This document shows, piece by piece, positions 58,415-64,000 of a stretch of DNA of 64,000 nucleotides; position 1 is the stretch's first letter; each line of letters starts with the position of its first letter. The notes under the pieces are model-generated. The model did no database searches. It was not told the origin of the DNA and saw nothing but the letters and a program-made list of their open reading frames with translations. The stretch is from an uncultured Pseudanabaenaceae cyanobacterium (GTDB taxonomy: Bacteria > Cyanobacteriota > Cyanobacteriia > PCC-9006 > JAAUQQ01). A program made the position numbers and the translations under genes. The DNA is taken from assembly GCA_937949725.1 (NCBI GenBank), contig CALECT010000032.1, positions 576-64,575 on the forward strand, read 5' to 3'.

Positions 58415-60580
58415 TTAGACGTCCTCATAGATAGCATCACCCTCAGCTGGAGCCGGACTGATGCCCTGGGGGATCGCTTCCTCATAGAGAGGAGGTAAGT
58501 CTGGCTCGGGGAAGTCATCGGCCGTAATGCTCGGTGGTTCCTGCCAATCTGTAGGCGCTTCTTCAACCCAGGGATCCTCTTCAACCCAGTCATCTTGGCT
58601 GGCACTGGATTCAGGTTCCACATCGGAGTAATCGCTGTAATCATTGTCATCTAGTACGGCAGCTTCATCCTCTACATAGGGCTCGGCATAGTCATTGGAA
58701 TAGCCATCCGAATCGCTTTCGCTACCATACTCATCGTTGTAAGCTTTCTCACTGTAGTTATCTTCCACAGCTTGCTCTAGGGCTTCCCCATAGTCCTCGA
58801 CCGTCGAGCTGTCTGGGGAAGGCTCCGGTTCATCCCAACGCTCAGTAGGAGCTGACAAGACCTCATCTTGAACAGCATCTTCATCCAAAATAACGTCGGG
58901 TAGCTGATCGTCTCTAGGTTCATCCCAGCGATCGCCACCGTATTCGGGGAGTGGTACATCTCCAGGCAGGTCGTCTAATTGAGTTTCACCCGGCCAGTTT
59001 GTTTCGGGAAAGTTTTGAGCTCTGCCCAGACCGGAGAAACCCGCAACGGACCCAGGATTAAGGACACGCAGGAGTAATCCACCTGCTAAGCCGATAGATG
59101 CCATCAAGAGACTGATGGAAGTGAGGCGCTTGAGGGGCTTAAAAGGAGCAGCAGCAGATGTTTTTGACTGTTGAGCAGCACCAACCATAGCTTTGGGGGG
59201 ATGAGTTGCCTGGGATGAAGCTCCCTGTGAAGGAGAACCTGTAGTCCTGGAAGAATGGGAAGGGGAAACTGTTCCCAGCTTAGAGCGCTGAACCTGTTGT
59301 TGATCAGATGGGTAAGAGGGAGCATTGTTGTGAGGGGAGGCTCCTTGGCGATTGCGCAGCGAGTTTCCTGGGGAATTGCGTTGCAGACTCGCTCCGGAAT
59401 CACTGAGGACATAGTTCGTACCGGGTGGATTGGGGGAATTGGGCCGCTTGGGGAGAGACGGAGTTGCGGTGTTTGTATGAGTTCCAGATGGGGATGATGA
59501 CTGCTGTGGCGTAGCTCCTTGGAGGGGGGAAGAGAAGGCCGGGGGATTTGTGGCGGGGGCTTGGCTGGTAGAAACGGGGCTGTCCAAGTTTTGACTGGGT
59601 GGGGGCTGGGTCGCCCAAACTTGTCCTGGGTTGATGTTTCCCCTAGCAGGACTGCTTGGGGTAGAACCTCTGGACCCGGCTGATTGTGACGAAGGATGAC
59701 TAGGCGATTCCGCAGGAAGCTTGCTTTGCAATCGCTCCTGGGAAACAACCCCTGAGGAATGACTAAGGGGAAAGAGTTGGAGCCAGTTTTCCAGGGTGGC
59801 AGGCCGCTGGGTTGGATTGAGGGTCATGCCCTGGAGAATGGCCTGTTCAGTGACTGGACTGAGGCTGGGTTGTAGTTGACGCGGAGGAATCAGTCCTGCG
59901 AAAGCCGTTGGGCCGGGGTTAGGGACTTGATATTGACGCTCCGCCGGATGAACTGGGACCTGACCCGTGACAGCCGCATAGAGCGTCGCGGCTAGGCTAT
60001 AAATATCAAGTCGATTTTTGAAGATATCACCGCCTTGAAGTTGTTCTGGAGCACTGAAGGGAGTGAGGCGATCCGCAGGACAATGGGCCAGCTGCAACCC
60101 CCAATCAACAAGGGTTGGAATACCCACACCCTGGCGAAGAATGATGTTCTTAGGCTTAATGTCTCGATGGAGCAAGCCCTGGCTGTGAATACCTGCTAGG
60201 CCGGCAGCAATCTGGCGAATGAGCTGTAGGGCAACAGCTTCGCTTAGGGGGCCTTTTTGCAGTTGCTGTTCCAGGCTGGTTCCCTTGACTTTTTGCATGA
60301 CCAAGAAGGGGCGGCCATCCTGCTCAAACCAATCCAAAATTCGGTTGCGACTGGGGTGGTTAAAGTCTCCTAGGGCTTGGAAGGTGCGTCGCGTCCAGGC
60401 AGATTGAAACCGGGATTTCCCCTGGGGAGCTACCGGGGTCTTAATAATGACTGCAGTGAGGTCCTTGGCTCGAATGCCATGGATCGTCACACTCCAACGG
60501 CCTGGCTGGACAGAGGAGCGCAGGAGGTATCGCCCATCGGCAAGGGAGACGCCAGGCTGGAATGTGAGGATATCTGACAT
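58415..60580 (-). CDS. Hanks-type Ser/Thr kinase with P/S linker, one TM helix and acidic C-terminal tail
   Basis: HRDIKPKN, DWG, SAPEQ and DIYSLA motifs, TM near SISLLMASIGLAGGLLL. Confidence 0.88.
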   Translation of the reverse strand: MSDILTFQPGVSLADGRYLLRSSVQPGRWSVTIHGIRAKDLTAVIIKTPVAPQGKSRFQSAWTRRTFQALGDFNHPSRNRILDWFEQDGRPFLVMQKVKGTSLEQQLQKGPLSEAVALQLIRQIAAGLAGIHSQGLLHRDIKPKNIILRQGVGIPTLVDWGLQLAHCPADRLTPFSAPEQLQGGDIFKNRLDIYSLAATLYAAVTGQVPVHPAERQYQVPNPGPTAFAGLIPPRQLQPSLSPVTEQAILQGMTLNPTQRPATLENWLQLFPLSHSSGVVSQERLQSKLPAESPSHPSSQSAGSRGSTPSSPARGNINPGQVWATQPPPSQNLDSPVSTSQAPATNPPAFSSPLQGATPQQSSSPSGTHTNTATPSLPKRPNSPNPPGTNYVLSDSGASLQRNSPGNSLRNRQGASPHNNAPSYPSDQQQVQRSKLGTVSPSHSSRTTGSPSQGASSQATHPPKAMVGAAQQSKTSAAAPFKPLKRLTSISLLMASIGLAGGLLLRVLNPGSVAGFSGLGRAQNFPETNWPGETQLDDLPGDVPLPEYGGDRWDEPRDDQLPDVILDEDAVQDEVLSAPTERWDEPEPSPDSSTVEDYGEALEQAVEDNYSEKAYNDEYGSESDSDGYSNDYAEPYVEDEAAVLDDNDYSDYSDVEPESSASQDDWVEEDPWVEEAPTDWQEPPSITADDFPEPDLPPLYEEAIPQGISPAPAEGDAIYEDV

Positions 60581-60665
60581 GTGATTCTGGAGATGAACCT
60601 GCCGTCTCCATGTCCCATCGGAGTAGCAGATGTAGTTTTGGGAAGCTTAACGCCTTCTTCTGAGC

Positions 60666-62012
60666 TTAGGTCGTGTATTCCGCATTGATTTTCACATAGT
60701 CGTAGCTTAAGTCACATCCCCAGGCTAAGCCTTGCCCCGGACCGTCTCCTATAGATACTGCAATGACAATGGGATGTTCCAGGGGGCTATGGCCCATGGC
60801 AGGGCGCAGGGGGCTTTTCCCAGCATCTGTCACTAGGTCATTGGAGTTGGCGCTGCTCTGGAGGCTCGTTCCCCCGGCCTCGGCTGGAAGCTGAGACGCC
60901 TCAGCTTGGCGGCAGAGGTAATCGTGGGCCGCTTGGACATCGAATTTGAGGGGTTGACCTTGGTCCATGAGCAATGAATCGCCCAGCTGAATGCGCAGTT
61001 GATTTTGATCAAAGCTCACCCCAGCCCGGCCTGCAGCTCCGGCAATGCGACCCCAGTTGGCATCGCGTCCAAAGATGGCTGCTTTGGTTAGGGAGGAACC
61101 CGCGATTGTGCGAGCGATTTGTCTGGCGGCAGCATCATTTGCCGCACCAGTGACATTGACTTCAATTAGGGCTGTTGCTCCTTCGCCATCTCGGGCGATC
61201 GCCTTAGCTAGATGCTGACAAACCACTGTAAGCATTGCCTCCAATTGCTCCGCCTCTGGGCCAGGAGCAGTGATTGCTGGGGTGCGAGACTGTCCATTGG
61301 CTAGGGCAATCAGAGAATCATTGGTACTGGTATCTCCATCCACCGTGATTTGGTTGAAGCTGGCATTGGCAGCCCGAGTCAACATTTCTTGCCACAACGC
61401 TGGAGAGACCGAAGCATCGCAGGTGACGAAGCCCAGCATGGTGGCCATGTCAGGGTGGATCATGCCGGAGCCTTTGGAAATACCGCCGATGCGCACAGGC
61501 CGACCGTCCAGTTCCATCTCCAGGGCGATGGATTTGGTTACTAGATCTGTCGTGACGATCGCTTGGGCCGCAGAATCTGAGCCCGCTTCACTTAAAGCCT
61601 CTGCAACCTTATCTATACCAACGAGAAAAGGCTCCATGGGAATCTGTTTGCCAATCACCCCTGTGGAAGCCACCAGAACAGAGCTGGGGTCAATGCTTAA
61701 TGCTTTTGCAGCCCGCTCTGTGGAGAGGCTAACTGCTTTTTCTCCGATGGCTCCTGTTCCTGCATTGGCCTGGCCTGCATTGCAAAGCAGGGCTTGGACT
61801 GTGGCATCTTGTTTCAGAGTTTGGCGACAATAGTCAACGCAGGCGGCGCGCACCTGGCTTGTGGTGAAGACCCCAGCAGCGATCGCTGGAACATCAGACA
61901 CAATCAAAGCCACATCAGGAGCCCCAGAGGGCTTTAGACCTGCTGCAATGCCTGCTGCTCGATAGCCTTTAGGAGCAGTAATACCACCAGGAATCCGTTG
62001 CCAAGTTGCCAT
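60666..62012 (-). CDS. argJ: Bifunctional ornithine acetyltransferase/N-acetylglutamate synthase
   Basis: KGSGMIHPDMATML, DGDTSTND, DGEGAT and WGCDLSYDYVKINAEYTT motifs. Confidence 0.97.
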   Translation of the reverse strand: MATWQRIPGGITAPKGYRAAGIAAGLKPSGAPDVALIVSDVPAIAAGVFTTSQVRAACVDYCRQTLKQDATVQALLCNAGQANAGTGAIGEKAVSLSTERAAKALSIDPSSVLVASTGVIGKQIPMEPFLVGIDKVAEALSEAGSDSAAQAIVTTDLVTKSIALEMELDGRPVRIGGISKGSGMIHPDMATMLGFVTCDASVSPALWQEMLTRAANASFNQITVDGDTSTNDSLIALANGQSRTPAITAPGPEAEQLEAMLTVVCQHLAKAIARDGEGATALIEVNVTGAANDAAARQIARTIAGSSLTKAAIFGRDANWGRIAGAAGRAGVSFDQNQLRIQLGDSLLMDQGQPLKFDVQAAHDYLCRQAEASQLPAEAGGTSLQSSANSNDLVTDAGKSPLRPAMGHSPLEHPIVIAVSIGDGPGQGLAWGCDLSYDYVKINAEYTT

Positions 62013-62291
62013 GAATCAATTCTGTCCTTTCCGCAGAGGTTGCCCTACTTTTGCCCTTTCAACCATGGCTGGGGGCAAAACAAGGCATGCTTAAAGCTTG
62101 GGAGCGCTCTAGCCCATGGACTAGAGTCTGGGATGGGTCGTAACAACAACCTGACCAGTTCTCCATTGTTCTGATGTATTGTCCCAGTTTTTGCACCTTG
62201 GTCATTATCTAGTCTGAGACGGGCTTACAGACTGACCAACTGGTGCCTCCGGGGTTGTTATGAGGAGTCCAAAAGAAAATGTCCTCGATGC

Positions 62292-62326
62292 TCCGGGTGT
62301 AGCAAATCAAACCAGTAGTAATAACT
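62292..62326 (+). promoter_or_regulatory. DIF1-like promoter (TCCGGG at -35, GTA in the -10 region), repeated at 62544 and 62795
   Basis: TCCGG(G) begins 35 nt before GGTAGATGCACC. The DIF1 consensus is TCCGGA at -35. Confidence 0.6.
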
Positions 62327-62378
62327 GGTAGATGCACCCTGACTCATTAATCCTCGGCTAAGGCTGGGGATTTTTTTT
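62327..62378 (+). ncRNA. nsiR1: NsiR1-like small RNA, copy 1
   Basis: GGTAGATGCACCCTGA 5' end, hairpin AATCCTCGGC-TAAG-GCTGGGGATT and a T-run. Identity with NsiR1 is from recollection of its 5' sequence. Confidence 0.65.
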
Positions 62379-62578
62379 GTCCATTTTTATGCCTGCTGCT
62401 ATTGGGCAAGTCGCGAGCTAGCGATACATGGGTTGAAGGCAGAAGTGAGGCGCTAAACCATCATGAATGCTGGTTTACAAGAAAATATACTCCTGTTAAA
62501 CAGGTCTGAATTAGCCCATCTTTCTAGCAATCCAGACTCATCTTCCGGGTGTAGCAAATCAAACCAGTAGTAATAACT

Positions 62579-62630
62579 GGTAGATGCACCCTGACTCATT
62601 AATCCTCGGCCAAGGCCGGGGATTTTTTTT
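62579..62630 (+). ncRNA. nsiR1: NsiR1-like small RNA, copy 2
   Basis: Same 5' end, hairpin AATCCTCGGC-CAAG-GCCGGGGATT and a T-run. Confidence 0.65.
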
Positions 62631-62829
62631 GTCAATTTTTACGCCTGCTGTTATGAGGCAAGTTGCGAGTTCGCGATACCAGATTCGCAAACAGCAGTGG
62701 GGCGTTAAACCATCATGAATGCTGGCTGCTAAGGAAATTTAGGCCCACAGAATAAGACTGAATCAAGCCGAGTTCGAGTAATCCAGGTTCATCTTCCGGG
62801 TGTAGCAAATCAAACCAGTAGTAATAACT

Positions 62830-62878
62830 GGTAGATGCACCCTGACTCATTAAGCCCCGGCTACGGCTGGGGCTTTTT
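62830..62878 (+). ncRNA. nsiR1: NsiR1-like small RNA, copy 3
   Basis: Same 5' end, hairpin AAGCCCCGGC-TACG-GCTGGGGCTT with a compensatory T-A to G-C change. Confidence 0.65.
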
Positions 62879-63111
62879 CTTATTTAAATGGCCTTGTTAA
62901 GCGCCATTGATAATCACTTCTGCCATTCAGCCCATCACAAAACATTGAATCAAGTCATGCAGTTGCTTCGGGCCATCTCTTGGTGAGCATCCATTCAGTC
63001 TTTCCTAGAAATGAACTCGCTCGGACTTCATGAATTTGGGCAATCGCGGAGATAGATAAAAAGCTGAGATTAAGCCTAGTTTTTCTCTCCATAGAACTCC
63101 TGCAAAGCCAG

Positions 63112-63306
63112 ATGACAGTGGAAGCCGTGAACAGTTCCTTCAATGGTCTGGCTATGAACTCCACCCAAAATCCTTCCTCTGATTGGATGCTATTGATTGC
63201 AGGTCTATTGATCGCAACCTTAGTCGCTGCTGTCATGTCCCCCCAAGCCGAACTCGATGCATCGGTGGTGGGGGACTATCCGCTTGAGCAAGCTATTTCG
63301 GAATAA
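63112..63306 (+). CDS. Small single-TM hypothetical protein
   Basis: 64 aa with one hydrophobic helix (MLLIAGLLIATLVAAVM). Confidence 0.4.
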   Translation: MTVEAVNSSFNGLAMNSTQNPSSDWMLLIAGLLIATLVAAVMSPQAELDASVVGDYPLEQAISE

Positions 63307-64000
63307 TATCGTCTTGATCTAAGAAATAAAGATCTAGGGTTTGAGCGATCGCTGCTTGCCGCCGTCGTTGATCTTCCGAGATGCTCAGCCACTGGTTACC
63401 CAGTCCTGGCGCATTCCATTGATCAAGATCTGGATCCCAATAGGACCAAGTGCGAGCATGGAGAATGCCTTCAACTTCCCCTAGGGATAACTGTCGTGCT
63501 TCCTCAAGTCGATTGATATATCCCCGATCCAATGCTGCAAGGGGAGCCTGATTGGCAAGGTCAATACCGTTTAGAGCTTCAGTAATTGAAAGCTTAAGCT
63601 GCTTTTGAACAGCCAATTGCTGTAGCTGCTGTGCCTGGATTTGCAGGCGCTTAAGTTGTTTTTCATCTGCATCAGCCGGGGAGCTGGCTTCATGCTGGTA
63701 GGAGAAGCTGCCCAGGTTCCAATGGCCATTGCCGGGGTCATGGTGGCCATGGTAAGCCCAGGTGCGATCGCCGTTGGGCCTACGAGTGCCCTCCGCACTA
63801 CCCACAGCCAGGGCTACTACTGAATCTGCCCCTCCTTGGAACAAGGCTTGAATGGACGGTGCCAATACCGGCAGCACTGCTGAGTGAGAACTATTTTTTT
63901 GATCTGCATCGGAAATGATGACGCCTGAAGCAGCTGGTGACTCGGGGGATGGGTCATTATCCAGTTGGGGGACAGATGCTGGCGAAGTTAAACTGCGAAT
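63293..64000 (-). CDS. Conserved cyanobacterial hypothetical protein, 5'-partial
   Basis: AVGSAEGTR, GHHDPGNG..NLGSFSYQH and DLANQAPLAA motifs. The frame stays open to the window edge. Confidence 0.7.
   Translation of the reverse strand: MRSLTSPASVPQLDNDPSPESPAASGVIISDADQKNSSHSAVLPVLAPSIQALFQGGADSVVALAVGSAEGTRRPNGDRTWAYHGHHDPGNGHWNLGSFSYQHEASSPADADEKQLKRLQIQAQQLQQLAVQKQLKLSITEALNGIDLANQAPLAALDRGYINRLEEARQLSLGEVEGILHARTWSYWDPDLDQWNAPGLGNQWLSISEDQRRRQAAIAQTLDLYFLDQDDIIPK

Larger units (their letters stand above)
62292..62878 (+). repeat. Three-copy tandem array (period 252/251 bp) with a near-invariant ~87-bp core
   Basis: TCCGGGTGTAGCAAATCAAACCAGTAGTAATAACTGGTAGATGCACCCTGACTCATTAA is identical at 62292, 62544 and 62795. 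The inter-core spacers are homologous but diverged. Confidence 0.95.

Noticed and set aside
62292-62878. CRISPR array interpretation of the three-copy repeat
   Set aside because: The units are ~252 bp, the spacers are homologous to each other, each core ends in a terminator, and no cas genes are in the window.
1-64000. Frequent GCGATCGC octamers as a novel repeat
   Set aside because: This is the well-known cyanobacterial HIP1 sequence.

Overview
Cyanobacterial chromosomal window: HIP1 octamers (GCGATCGC) occur throughout. The hpsNOP polysaccharide genes and a likely NsiR1-type sRNA array suggest a filamentous, motile strain, and the moderately high GC argues against Nostocales (inference). 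Most of it is ordinary: GAF-GGDEF-EAL, MATE, TpsA-like exoprotein, hpsN/O/P, an AraC-MAPEG-SDR-amine oxidase-RidA module, fructokinase, an Mrp antiporter operon, Wzm/Wzt with GT2 genes, family-4 UDG, cysK, PP2C, ABC1 and Ser/Thr kinases, and argJ. Four things stand out. (1) A Bell/HeLo-like effector at 0.3-0.7 kb ends in an N/Q/G-rich amyloid-like motif and is in frame, across one TAG, with a decayed NB-ARC gene. A closely similar motif sits in the tail of an LRR-Roc-COR (Roco) protein at 22-25.7 kb, suggesting Roco-driven amyloid signalling. (2) A DUF559 nuclease gene is embedded among three palindromic elements, reminiscent of REP/RAYT systems. (3) Patches of strong G/C strand skew, independent of gene orientation, lie near palindromic repeats. 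(4) A three-copy, ~252-bp-period array of promoter + ~52-nt RNA + terminator (NsiR1-like, with DIF1-like TCCGGG) lies next to argJ rather than hetF. No tRNA, rRNA, CRISPR array or intact transposase was seen. All family assignments come from motif recognition by eye; no database searches were run.
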